DNA of 63,996 nt, counting the filler, from Saprolegnia diclina VS20 (Eukaryota), in NCBI RefSeq assembly GCF_000281045.1. It is 6 parts of 2 records of this genome, joined end to end, with 100 filler letters (N's around TTAATTAATTAA, not from the genome) between each part and the next. Parts side by side here need not be neighbours in the genome. Positions count along the whole stretch, not along the records: positions 49,751 to 62,765 come from NW_008246177.1; 5 more parts are not named here. One strand, given 5' to 3'. Within the stretch, counting starts at the first letter, position 1, and each line of letters opens with the position of its first letter. The translations under genes and the position numbers were made by a program. Of the stretch, positions 50,184 through 61,545 are shown in pieces. The notes under the pieces were generated by a model that made no database searches, had not been told where the DNA came from, and worked only from the letters and a program-made list of their open reading frames with translations.

Positions 50184-50759
50184 ATGGGTGCGCGCCGGCC
50201 GGAGGAGTCGCACTGGTTCGCCTCCGTGTATGACCCGATCGCTGCAGGGTCCATCGACGGCGCCGAGGCCGACGTCGCGCACGACAAGGCCCTCCTCCGC
50301 GCCCTCAACGCGCCATACGATGCGGCGCGGGATCCCAAGATCGTGGGCGACCCGCTCTGCACGCTCTTTGTCGGACGATTAAGCTACGCGACAACCGAGG
50401 AGACGCTGCGCAGCGTCTTTGGCCGCTTTGGCGAGATCCGCCACTTGCGATTGGTGCGCCATGTCGTGACGCAGGAGAGCCGCGGGTACGCCTTCATCGC
50501 GTTCGCCCGCGAGAAGGACTTTGAGGCCGCCTATCGCACCACAAACCGGTACGACGCTTCCTCCGGACGCGGCGCGAGACCGCAAGTGTGATGTAGAATG
50601 CTTCTTGATGGACGTCGGATCCTCGTCGAATTTGAGCGCGAGCGCATCATGCCGGGCTGGAAGCCTCGGCGTCTTGGCGGTGGTCTTGGTGGAAAAAAGG
50701 AGTCTGGCCAGCTGCGTTTCGGCGGCCGCGATCGACCGTTCCGCGTCCCCAGATCGTAG
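50184..50759 (+). CDS. SNRNP35: U11/U12 snRNP 35-kDa protein (minor spliceosome)
   Basis: [33 protein letters not shown] (RRM), [35 protein letters not shown]. One intron. Confidence 0.93.
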
Positions 50760-50916
50760 CACACTTCTTGCTTCATTTCTACAACGCCTGCAGGTGTGCG
50801 GTCAAATATTCTCTGCCCAAGCGCGACGCAACCACGCTGGCCGAACATGGTTCCCCTTCTCTTCGCCTTGATCAAATCCAACGCTAATAGTTTGTAAGAA
50901 AGGTTTGTGTTGGCGA

Positions 50917-52285
50917 CTACGGGGCCTGTCGGAAGCGGCCCCGACACACAGCGCTGCCATGCTCGAGGTACTCGGCGCGTGTGACGGTCAGCACGTCGTC
51001 GTCCGTTGCCATGACCTGGCAGCCTTGCCATACAGCCCCAATCGGACTAACACCCACGGGGATCATTTAGCCGAATCCCTCAAGTAGACGATGGTACTCT
51101 GTCGTGCTGGAAATCCCGAGGGCGTACTCGGAGGGCACGAGGGGTCGAAGGTCCGCGTGCAGTCGCTCGCGAAGTCGCGGCAGCTTTGAGGTTCCGCCCG
51201 TGAGTACAATGTTGAGGAAGAGGAGTCCCTATGTCATGTGAGATCTATTTGGAGCGAACGGGATGGTTTACGTGGGCGTAGTCGGGGCACGCCAGGATCG
51301 CATCGGCAATGCCAAAAGCAAGCCCGGCTTGGTCCAAGCCAATGTCCGACGGATGAAAAAGGATCTCTGGCACAGTGATTTGCTCGACACCGAGCCGCAA
51401 CACCTACGCAAACAACGAGATGATTGATCACGAAGGGCGCGGAGCGTCTACTTGAGTCGAGTCGTGCAACATCGAGTCGGGGGTCTACAACGGCTCATAG
51501 ACAAGCGAAACGAAGTAGAGTGCGCGTCGTACAACAATAGCACCGTGCTTCGTGTGGACGTAGTCGGGCAACGCCCACTGCACAACAGGTGCGTCGCGCG
51601 AAGCAAAGGCGTGCATGTCGGAGGTAAAGTTCAGCGAACAGCCGCAGACCGCCTCCTTGACCTCGTCGATAATCTCGAACGAATCCATCATGTTCCACTG
51701 CCGGTAGCTCACGCACTCCTTCATGTAGTTGGTCAGAAGCTTTCCGCCGACGTTCAGTCGCCGCACTGCACTCAGCACGACGTTGCCTATTCGTGTGATA
51801 AGCACCAACTCAAAGCATCGCGTGGACCTTGAATGACGGGTACGATGTACGTGCATGAGAAGCCCAGGTCGACGATACACGTGACGGGCGGCTGCTGCGA
51901 GAGCCCATGCGCAACCATGGCTTGGGGCACAACAGACGCATATGCGCTATACTCGAACTCTTCAAAGACAACCTCGTCCTGCGTCGCAAGGAGCTTCTCG
52001 GGCGTAAAGAGAGGCGACGTCAGCACCAAAGTGTGGTCCTTGCCCGGCGGGACGAGGTCCTGCAGCAGATCGCCCTATGTACGCGTGAGCTGCGCTTGGG
52101 TGATCGAGAGCTTTTGCCTGGAGCGTCCAGTTAACAACGTAGCCGCGCTCAATAGGCCGGCGGATCTGAATGGCGCTTGCCTTGGCGCTCATTCGCATGT
52201 AGTTGGGCGTCGTCGTGTACCTCGGGCTCGTCGCTAGGCCATGCTTGAGCGACGCGCCGCCCACGTCCACGATGTACACGGCCAT
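50917..52285 (-). CDS. ARP6: Actin-related protein 6, multi-exon
   Basis: RRPIERGYVVNW, DEVVFEEF, IVDLGFSCTYIVP, RLNVGGKLLTNYMKECVSYRQWNMMD, NIVLTGG, VTRAEYLEHG. Confidence 0.9.
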
Positions 52286-52489
52286 TTGCCAAATCTTGGC
52301 AACGAGCCGGATACTGTGGGTCACTAACCGGATACCACTTTTTGGTGAAATTGGGATCTTTTCTGCGTTGTCATCAAGCTTTCGCTGGTACTCTAGTAGC
52401 TCTCTCGTAGTATAGCTCGATGATGGTGTAGCTATCAGGATGATAGGGACGCGAAGGATACAAACATGAATATATTTTGCTGGCCATGC

Positions 52490-53996
52490 CTACTCTTCGT
52501 CGCATTCGTCGTCAAGGCCGTAAGCCGCGAGAAGTTCCTGGCGGTTGGTCGGGGTGTTCTCCACGAGGGTCTTGAGGAGCGCAGCTTCTTCGCTCTCGCG
52601 GCCACTGCAAATGCAAGAGAGGTCGTACGCTTGCTGGTACGTCTCCTTGGCGGCGGCGGCATTCCCGGTACCGACGTAGCTCTGCGCCAGTTGATCGAGG
52701 AGCTGGACCTTGTTGTCGTGCGGGTAAGGCACCGCATAGTCAGCCGACTCGAGCATCATCTTGTAGGCGACAACCATGTCTGAGGCCGGCACGTCTTCCG
52801 ACATGAGCCAAGCCCCTGTGAGGTGGTCGAGCGCGTGGTATACCGCACTGTGGTACTTGTGCACGAGCGACTTGGCAACGAGTTCTTGGAGCTCCAAAAC
52901 AGACTCGACGGCGTCGAGCTGGTCGAGAAGGAGGTCGTCGGCGATCGTTGCCTCGTCTTCAGAGATCGTAGCGCTGCACGAAGTACACGCAAAGACAGTC
53001 TTCGTAGGGTGCATGATACCGGTGCAGCCAGGCGTGTGGCACTTGTATGCGCCTTTGAATGAAATGAATTCTCGGATCGGTCAAGAAACAATGACGTACG
53101 CGACTGGTCGGGGAGGGCACCCGTGCACCATTCGCAGGCACATGTGAGGCCCATCATGGTCATGGCGCCGATGCGCTCCGCGCCCGTGCTCAAAAAGAGG
53201 TCGAACGTATCGAGCGTGAGAACTTCACCAGCAGCAATCGGCTTGATCGCAGTCACCCAGATCGTCGTGCCGTCGGTCGAGAGGTTGCAGTTGGGAATGC
53301 AGCGGTGCATAAGGCGCGCCACGTCCGGAAACAAGCCGGTGCCAGCGATCTAGTGCAAAGTGAGCTTATTTTGAACAACGTATCCATCGACGTACATCTT
53401 CGAGTTCGTGGCTGTGGCCGTGCAGAACACCAATCATGTGCGCAACATCGTCATCGGTCAGCGTAGAGGGCACGACGCCAGGGAACTCGGCCCGAAGCGA
53501 GACGGCAGCGTCCAAGTACTCGGCGTCGGGTTGCACCTTGAGAATGCGAAGGCGGCCCACAATGGACGCGTTGTCCGTCGCGAGCTTGACGAGCTTGAAC
53601 AAGTTTTTGCTCAAGTCCACCATGTGCAGCACTTCGTGCGACGAGCAAAACGCCATGAGCGCATCAAAGTGCTCGACGACCGCCGAGCTCACCTAAGAAA
53701 GAGCGTCAGCAGCGTGACCTTGGACAGCAACGCACCAAGTCGATTTCAAGCTCATCGAGCTCTTCTGTCTCGGCGTCTTCGTCGTCGTCCTCGACCACTT
53801 TGCAGCCGCCGCACTCCTCGTCGTCACAGTCAATGTCGTGCTCGTCCTCCTCGACGCCAGCGCTCGACGAGACAACCGCGACTTCGTAAAAGATGACGTC
53901 GCCCGCAGCGATGGCCGTGGTCGCGGCAACCGGAGCCGAGGCGTCGTGCGTCACAGCGGCGTCGTGGAAGGTCGGGGCGGCGAAGTACAGAGACAT
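52490..53996 (-). CDS. SMYD-like SET-domain protein, paralog A
   Basis: ATTAIAAGDVIFYE, GLFPDVARLMHRCIPNC, TAIKPIAAGEVLT, post-SET CACEWC, Cys-rich linker, TPR-like tail. Confidence 0.85.
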
Positions 53997-54392
53997 TACA
54001 ATCGAGAAGTGATCCGCACAATGGGGCAAGTGCGACGGGTTCTATACCGTGACGCATCATTTCTACGCGGCAGCTGGACGACCACGCGCCTGGTTCGCCA
54101 GCTGCCAAGACACACGAACGCAGCTGCCGTCATCACCACCAATCGTGTCGAGAGTTGGACCTGATCATGATTGGCGAAGCCGCATCGACATCGCTGGTCG
54201 CCCTGACAATGCCGGGTCGTCACTCCACACCAGGTTCCATGAGCGAGGCTCGTCACCAAGCACATCTTTGCTTGCCCAGCGACGCTCGCCAGCTACCTCT
54301 TCTCGAGACAAACTGTCAATGACACAATGCATGATCATTTTCCATCACGAACATGTGACAAACCAAAATAAAAGTTAGATTAGGCGCATCAT

Positions 54393-55816
54393 TTACGCCG
54401 TCTCGTCCACAAGCTCGTAGCCGTACACGGCCATCATCTCCTCCGGCGTCGTGGGCGTGTGCTCCATGAGCTGCTTGAACATCGTCGTCTCCTCGTAGTC
54501 GGCACCGTAGCACGTCTTTGCCATGTTGTACGCGGCCGTGTAGGCCTCCGTGGCCGCAGGGATGTCACCCGTCGAGATGTTCATCTGCGCGATCGAGTTG
54601 TAGACCGACACCTTCTCGCCGTGCGGGACATCGATGACGTATTCGAGGCAGTCGAGGATGCGGCGGTAAATCGCGATCGCATCCGCCTCCGTAAGGTTCT
54701 CGTCCTCGACGGCCTCCTCGACCATGGCCGTGAGCGCCGCGTGGAAGATGTAGTGGTACTTGTGGAGGGGCGAGGCCGCGATGGCAGCATCGAGCTCCTC
54801 GACCGACGTCGCGTCGATCTCCTCGGGCAGCGTAATCTCGAGCGTTTCGACCTCTTCGACCTGCTCGTTCGTAAACATCTTGCCGCACGCCGTGCAAGCA
54901 AACGTGTTCTTGATTGGGTGCACAATGCCGGCGCACGCAGCGTCCTTGCACTTGAAGGCGCGGCACTTGTCCGGGAGCGTGCCGGCGCAGATGCCGCAGT
55001 TGCACGTGGCCTCGTCCTCGGCGAGCGACTTGGTGCGCTCGGCCTGCGGCTGGTACGTGAGGTCGTACAGATCGACGGTCAGCGTCTCGCCAGCAGCGAT
55101 GGGCTTAATGGCCGTCACCCAGATGTTCTTGCCAGAGTCGGTGAAGTTGCAGTTGGGCGTGCAGCTGTGCGTGAGCTTGGCGACGTACAGGAAGAGGCCC
55201 GAGCCGCGGATGTCGTCGAGCGGGATGCAGTACTTGTTGAGGACACCGATGACGTGCGCGACCTGGTCGTCCGTGAGGCCGGCGGGGATGACCGTGGGGA
55301 CGGCAGCACGGAGGCCGACAGCCGCCTCGAGGTAATCGGCCGCTTCCTTGGCGCTGACCTTGAAGCCAAAGATCGTCTGGAGCGCGTTCGAGTCGTTTTC
55401 GTAGAGGCGGAAGAGCTTGAGCATGTTTTTGCGCACATCCACCATGCCGAGCACGTCCGTCGACTCGCAGTAAATGTTGAGCTCGTCAAACGCGGCCGCG
55501 GCCGCGGGCGAGACCTAGGACACGCCAGCGTGAGATCGATTTGTTTTTCGAATTGATATTGTACCGCCGCGAGGTCCTCGTCGTCGAGCTCTTCCTTCTC
55601 GTCCTCGTCGACTTCACGGCAGCCACCGCAGTTGTCGTCGTCGCAGTCGTCCTCGTGGTCCTCTTCGTCCATGAGGCCAAACGACGACGAGACAAGCGCC
55701 TCCTCGGCAAAGATGACGTCGCCGGCGGCAAAGGCCGACGCGGCGGTGATCGGCGCCGAAATATCCTGCGAGACCTTGGCGGCGGCGAAAGCAGGGGCGT
55801 TGAAGTTCAAGGTCAT
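54393..55816 (-). CDS. SMYD-like SET-domain protein, paralog B
   Basis: AASAFAAGDVIFAEE, GLFLYVAKLTHSCTPNC, TAIKPIAAGETLT, CNCGIC, TPR-like tail. One intron. Confidence 0.88.
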
Positions 55817-57444
55817 GGCTGCGGTGTCGAGTTCAAGTAGAAAAGTGATGCGACCTGACGATCTTCGTCGTCCCCGCCACCGAAGCGTTATCCGGTTACG
55901 CGCCTCCGGTTGCGGGACATCCCAAAAAGCTTGAAGGTAAAGACACGGGGCGGCTTGGGTGGCCAGCATACGCATGCGACGATGCAGGCCTCTCCCGCAG
56001 CAGAGGCGCCGGCAGTCGCGCCTGCTGGATCCGCGGCAACTGGAGTGGCGCCAGCTACGCGATGGTCCTGCCGCGAATGGCGTTGCCGCCGGTGTCGTCG
56101 ACGTCCTGGTAAACGGCGTATCTTTGCGTCCCGTGGGATAAATCGTGCGAGCTCGCGCGTCCGCGACGGGGCGCCGACGTCAATGACTCGGCAATCTGTT
56201 ACGCACGAGTGCCATGTACTATTGGGGGTTTTGACAAGTGGGTCACCTAATGTACGCAACGACCAACGAGCTCACAGCGCGAAGCGATTCGATGCGCAAT
56301 CAATTCCCAACCGGCGCTAGCGGTCGGCTTGCAACACCACACACGTTCAGTTATTCGCTGTGAAATGGCCGCCATGACCGCCCACAAACGTGTCAATGAC
56401 TCGCAATGAACCATGATTGTTGGGTACGAAGTAGTAAGATAGCAAGTATGACCCTTGCATCATTTTTACGTTTGCGCCTTCGTTCGATCGTCACAAGGCG
56501 AGGGCACGCGAGGCATTCACTGCAGTAGTATGCTACCAACCAGCGTACTTCTCCACTGGCTCAATGGCGGATTCGTGCACTCGTCCCACAAGAGTCGTGA
56601 AAGCGATACCCAGATTGGCTTGCTTTATCTGTCTTGGACATGTACCCTCGGAAGAGCCCCGAGCCCTATGACAGACGAGCCATTTTCCGTCCGAGGATTT
56701 TGGTGGCATTGATACCGTGCATAATGGCATGATTGCACTTGGGTCAAATGATCGCCACACGGAGAGATGGGCAGTTCACCCGAAATGGACTGGAAAACGC
56801 TGGCATTCAAGAGGCAGAAAATTGCAGTTCCGAAGGTGCAGAGACTGCTGCAACTCAGACGCCAATCACGACCCTCGTGTGCACATCCCTCTTGAGTATG
56901 GTTTGTGTTTGCAGCTGCGACGCTTCTCGCCAAAAGCCTCTCACCACCAGACCCAGACCGTGTGAATGGTGGTGCTTACTACCCTACGAGCCAACCACAG
57001 CCAATGAATCGGTCAAGGGCTCCCGGGGGAGAAGCCCCAGAGGTGCACCATGTCATTCGTTTCCATCTCAGTCGGTCTCGTGGTCGCCACATCGGCTTCC
57101 GTATTGTGGAAGCTACTCCACCCCCAGCGAAGCTCGGAATAATCCGCGGATCAACTTGAAGTTGCCGAATGGCAGAAGCACATCAGAGCCGACCCATGGT
57201 CATTCCCAATGGACGCTGTACAAGCTATCGACAAGCATGATCACGCTGCTGCGACGCAACGGATGACCTTCGTGCCCTTCGTTTCTCTTTCCAAGGATGC
57301 GCCGTCGTAGGGTCTGAGGGCAACCGATCCCTCTCAGCTGGGCCCGTCCACGCACGACCGCAGTGGGACAGTGTGATAGCTGCAAGTGGCACTCGGAAAT
57401 CGAAGCTCGCCTACTGTACGGCAGCCTCCATCACGGAATCGAGA

Positions 57445-57460
57445 GCTCATTTCCCAACTT
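57445..57460 (+). promoter_or_regulatory. Oomycete INR-FPR core promoter
   Basis: GCTCATTTCCCAACTT closely matches the oomycete GCTCATTYYNCAWTTT start-site motif, about 30 nt upstream of ATG 57480. Confidence 0.65.
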
Positions 57461-57479
57461 GCTACGACGAAGCCAAACC

Positions 57480-58991
57480 ATGTCCTTTGAGACGCACAAG
57501 GTGTCCTCCCTGCCCGGCTACGCCGATGACTCGCCGATCAACTTTGACCAGTACGCGGGCAACGTCGCGCTCCCGTCGAATGGCCAGAAGATGTTCTACT
57601 GGCTCGTCGAGTCCCAGGCCAACCCGTCGACGGACCCACTCGTGCTCTGGCTCAACGGCGGTCCCGGCTGCTCGTCGCTCGGCGGCTTCTTCACGGAGCT
57701 CGGCCCGTTCGTCGTCAACAGCGACTTGAGCGTGAAGCGCAACCCGTACGCGTGGAACCGCAAGGCCAACATGGTATTCCTCGAGTCGCCGTCCGGCGTC
57801 GGCTTTAGCCAGCCTCTCCTCGACGGCGCCAACTACAACGACGACTTTACGACAGCGCGCATCTACGAATTCCTCGAGCAGTTCCTCGCTCTGTACCCGA
57901 CGTACCGCGGCCGGGACTTTTACATCACGGGCGAGAGCTACGCGGGCATGTACGTGCCTTGGCTAGCGCACGCACTCGTGACGAAGCCGATCCCGTCGCT
58001 CGCCTTCGCAGGCTTTGCGATCGGGAACGCGTACACGGACACGGCGATCGACAACCCGTCGGTCATCGACTACTACTACCACCACGCGCTCATGTCGCTC
58101 GAGGACTACAAGGCGATTCAAGCGGGCTGCCCGAATGCGACCGTCACCAACGCGTGCCTGAACGAAGACGCCAAGAAGTGCCCGACGGCCTGCGGCAAGC
58201 CTCTCAACGCCGCCCTCGACGCGATCCAGACGGACAAAATGGACGCCTACTACATTTATGGCGACGTGTGCTTCCTCAGCGAGGGACAGACCCTCGCCCT
58301 CCAGAACATTCGGCCCATGAACCGCGGTGTCTACGGTCCTTGCCGCGACGTCTTCACGCAAGACTACCTGCGCCAGCCCAAGGTCCAGTCTGCGCTGCAC
58401 GTCGAGACCAACAACGTTAACTGGACCGACTGCAACGATGCTGTGAGCAACCTGTACCACAGCAGCGCCTCGTCGCTGCCCAAGTACCCCGCGATCCTCA
58501 GCGCAGGCTTGAAGGCCTTGATCTACAGCGGCGACGCTGACACGGTCGTCAACTTTCTCGGCACCCAGCGCTGGCTCACGACCGATGGCCTCAACTTGTC
58601 TGTCGAGAGCAAGTGGAAGGCGTGGTTCGGCCCCGACAAGCAGCTCGCGGGCTACACGGAGGGCTACACCAACCTCACGTTTACGACGATCAAGGGCGCG
58701 GGCCACATGGTACCCTCGGTGCGGCCACTCCACGCGCTCTACATGTTTGAGTGCTTCCTCTTTGGCAACGATGTTTGCAAGACGTTCACGTACCCCAAGG
58801 ACGACCTCGAGTACATCACGGGTGCCGAGACGGACATCAACTTTGGCAGTAGCACGTTCTGGCCATGGCTCCTCGTTCTCGCTGTGGCTTTCGCGGCGCT
58901 CATCGCCGGCATTCTGTACACCAAGAAGCAGAGAACCGAGAAGAAGTACACGGAGCTCACGGCTGTCGTCCAGACCGGCTACACCAACTAG
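57480..58991 (+). CDS. Serine carboxypeptidase family S10, copy 1, C-terminal TM
   Basis: LWLNGGPGCSS, GESYAG, YSGDAD, GAGHMVP; TM WLLVLAVAFAALIAGILY. Confidence 0.95.
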   Translation: MSFETHKVSSLPGYADDSPINFDQYAGNVALPSNGQKMFYWLVESQANPSTDPLVLWLNGGPGCSSLGGFFTELGPFVVNSDLSVKRNPYAWNRKANMVFLESPSGVGFSQPLLDGANYNDDFTTARIYEFLEQFLALYPTYRGRDFYITGESYAGMYVPWLAHALVTKPIPSLAFAGFAIGNAYTDTAIDNPSVIDYYYHHALMSLEDYKAIQAGCPNATVTNACLNEDAKKCPTACGKPLNAALDAIQTDKMDAYYIYGDVCFLSEGQTLALQNIRPMNRGVYGPCRDVFTQDYLRQPKVQSALHVETNNVNWTDCNDAVSNLYHSSASSLPKYPAILSAGLKALIYSGDADTVVNFLGTQRWLTTDGLNLSVESKWKAWFGPDKQLAGYTEGYTNLTFTTIKGAGHMVPSVRPLHALYMFECFLFGNDVCKTFTYPKDDLEYITGAETDINFGSSTFWPWLLVLAVAFAALIAGILYTKKQRTEKKYTELTAVVQTGYTN

Positions 58992-59715
58992 ATGTCAACT
59001 TTTACTGCAATTTTGAGCATGTGCTGTCATGCAAGTTGACCTTCTCAGGTGACAACAAGTGTTTACTGGTTGCAGCTCCAATAAACAGCCAGGAGGCATC
59101 TTGGCGTTTAAGTGCCGTTGGCTTCAGTCTCGAAGCACCAGATAATGCTAGAACCACCCGTGCAGCTGGCATGCGATGACTGGCCATGGCCGTTACCGAG
59201 CGTATTACAATCTGAGTACTCAGCCGCGAATCGACTAAATTTTCAACTGATTCGCCATCGTCACAAACGGCTTCGATGGAACACAAGCTGCGAATGCTCT
59301 TTGCATCATCGGTCGACTGCGACGTTCGTGAAGCGCCGAGTCGGTGGTTTCGTCGTGGGGCACGGACGCACGAACCCTTTTTTGGCACGCCTACTGATTG
59401 GCAACTTGAAGCTGGCACGCACCAATGAAAACGGAAGGAGCTTCCCCATCACGCGCGCGCTGCTCACTTTGCCTTTGACAACGACCCATGCACATCGTGA
59501 GTGCGCTCATNNNNNNNNNNNNNNNNNNNNNNNNNNNNNNNNNNNNNNNNNNNNNNNNNNNNNNNNNNNNNNNNNNNNNNNNNNNNNNNNNNNNNNNNNN
59601 NNNNNNNNNNNNNNNNNNNNNNNNNNNNNNNNNNNNNNNNNNNNNNNNNNNNNNNNNNNNNNNNNNNNNNNNNNNNNNNNNNNNNNNNNNNNNNNNNNNN
59701 NNNNNNNNNNNNNNN

Positions 59716-61023
59716 GTCGTCAACAGCGACTTGAGCGTGCAGCGCAACCCGTATGCGTGGAACCGCAAGGCCAACATGGTCTTCCTCGAGTCGCCGGCCG
59801 GCGTCGGCTTTAGCACGCCGGAGCTACCCCTACGCAACTACACGGATGACTTTACGACCGCGCGCACCTATGAGTTCCTTCAGCAGTTCCTCGCGGCCTA
59901 CCCCTCGTACCACGGCCGGGACTTTTACATCACGGGTGAGAGCTACGCTGGCGTATACATTCCATTTTTGGTCCACGAGCTCGTCAAGGCGCCGCTACCG
60001 TCCATCACGCTCAGGGGCTTTGCGATCGGGAATCCGTTCACGGACGAAGTCATCGACTCGAATGCGCAAATGGACTATGACTACACGCACGGCCTCATCT
60101 CGGTTGAGAGCTATACGACCCTGCAGACCGCGTGCAAGCACACAGTACTCGCGCAGTGCTTGTACTATGACAAGTGCAACGACGCCTGCGGGCGCGCTAT
60201 CGACGTGGCCAACGCCGAAGCCAACACGTCGTTTCTCGACCCATACTACCTCAACGGCGACAAGTGTCTTCTCCGAGACGGCCAGCTCTCGGCGCTGCAA
60301 TATCGCTACGTCCGCCCAATGCACCGGGGCGTCATTGGCCCGTGCCAAGCTACGTTCGCGGCTGCGTACTTGAGCCAGGCGTCCGTGCAGACCGCGATTC
60401 ACGCGTCGAGCGCCAACGTCAGCGCGTGGACGCAATGCAACAACCGTGTGAGCTCTGCGTACACGCGGACGTTCTCTGCCTTGCCCAAGTACCCGACGAT
60501 CCTTCGCGCAGGCTTGAAGGCCCTTATTTACAGCGGCGATGCTGACTCGGTTGTGAACTTTATCGGCACGCAGCGCTGGCTCACGAGCGGCGGCCTCAAC
60601 CTCTCAGTCGAAGCCAAGTGGCACGCGTGGTTTGGCCCGGACCAGCAGCTCGCGGGCTACACGGAAGGCTACACCAACGTGACCTTTACGACGATCAAGG
60701 GCGCGGGCCACATGGTGCCGGCTGTGCGGCCACTCCACGGTCTCTACTTGTTCGAGTGCTTTCTCTACGGTTACGACGTCTGCACGACGTTCACGTACCC
60801 CAAGGACGAGCTTGAGAACATCACGGGCGCCGCGCCCGACTTTTTTGACGAAGCAAGTGTCTCCAACACTGCCTTGTGGCTTCTCCTCGGCGCCGCCAGC
60901 ATCGTGGCAATCGCTGTTGGCGCGGCAGCGTGGCACCGGCGCACTGTGCACAAGAAGTCGGCTTATGTCGAGCTCAAGGCGAACGGTCAACCGACGCAGT
61001 ATGGCAGCGATGCTACCCCGTAG
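59716..61023 (+). CDS. Serine carboxypeptidase S10, copy 2 (5' end in gap), C-terminal TM
   Basis: GESYAG, YSGDAD, GAGHMVP; TM LWLLLGAASIVAIAVGAAAW. Confidence 0.93.
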   Translation, partial: VVNSDLSVQRNPYAWNRKANMVFLESPAGVGFSTPELPLRNYTDDFTTARTYEFLQQFLAAYPSYHGRDFYITGESYAGVYIPFLVHELVKAPLPSITLRGFAIGNPFTDEVIDSNAQMDYDYTHGLISVESYTTLQTACKHTVLAQCLYYDKCNDACGRAIDVANAEANTSFLDPYYLNGDKCLLRDGQLSALQYRYVRPMHRGVIGPCQATFAAAYLSQASVQTAIHASSANVSAWTQCNNRVSSAYTRTFSALPKYPTILRAGLKALIYSGDADSVVNFIGTQRWLTSGGLNLSVEAKWHAWFGPDQQLAGYTEGYTNVTFTTIKGAGHMVPAVRPLHGLYLFECFLYGYDVCTTFTYPKDELENITGAAPDFFDEASVSNTALWLLLGAASIVAIAVGAAAWHRRTVHKKSAYVELKANGQPTQYGSDATP

Positions 61024-61545
61024 TAATGGAGCTGCAGGGCCACGATTAAAGAGGTAACATACGTTGACATAGACCTATGCGAGCTACATCCCTTTGCGTT
61101 GGGCTAAATGCTTTGGGCAGTGGAGCACTCTTCTGTGAAACAATCACACAACTCCGATGTGAACCTTGTCGCGATCCCACGCGCTGTCGCTGCGTCGATA
61201 CACGTTTTGTCCAATCAAACTCAACACGACCACAACTTTTGCACATGGTGCAGATAGCATACAAATATCAAGTTATCTCGATCCACGACCACTTTCGGCC
61301 GTTCTACATGTCACTTGACCTGGGTCTGCGATGTCGCCTCGCCCGCTGAAGAGACGACACCATTCGAGCAGCGCCGCAGAGAGCCTCACCGAAGCGTGCC
61401 GTCGCCGAATGGTCACTTTACTTGCACTTCACTTGCAAGGTGACCCGCTTTGACGCAGGTGATGGGTGGCATCGTGGCACGTTGCGCTGAAACGGGCATT
61501 GCACTTGCGCGCCAGCTGGTGCCTGGCGTCACTTTGATTTTTGCC

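Noticed and set aside
29398..52285. SWR1 and its complex partner ARP6 in one window as a functional cluster
   Set aside because: Three artificial linkers separate them, so physical linkage is not shown.
52452..52461. GTATCCTT on the minus strand resembling a U12 5' splice site
   Set aside because: It lies outside coding sequence and I found no TCCTTAAC-like branch point downstream.
57363..57479. 39-aa N-terminal extension of S10 copy 1 shown in the ORF track
   Set aside because: Non-ATG start, not hydrophobic, and it spans the INR motif.
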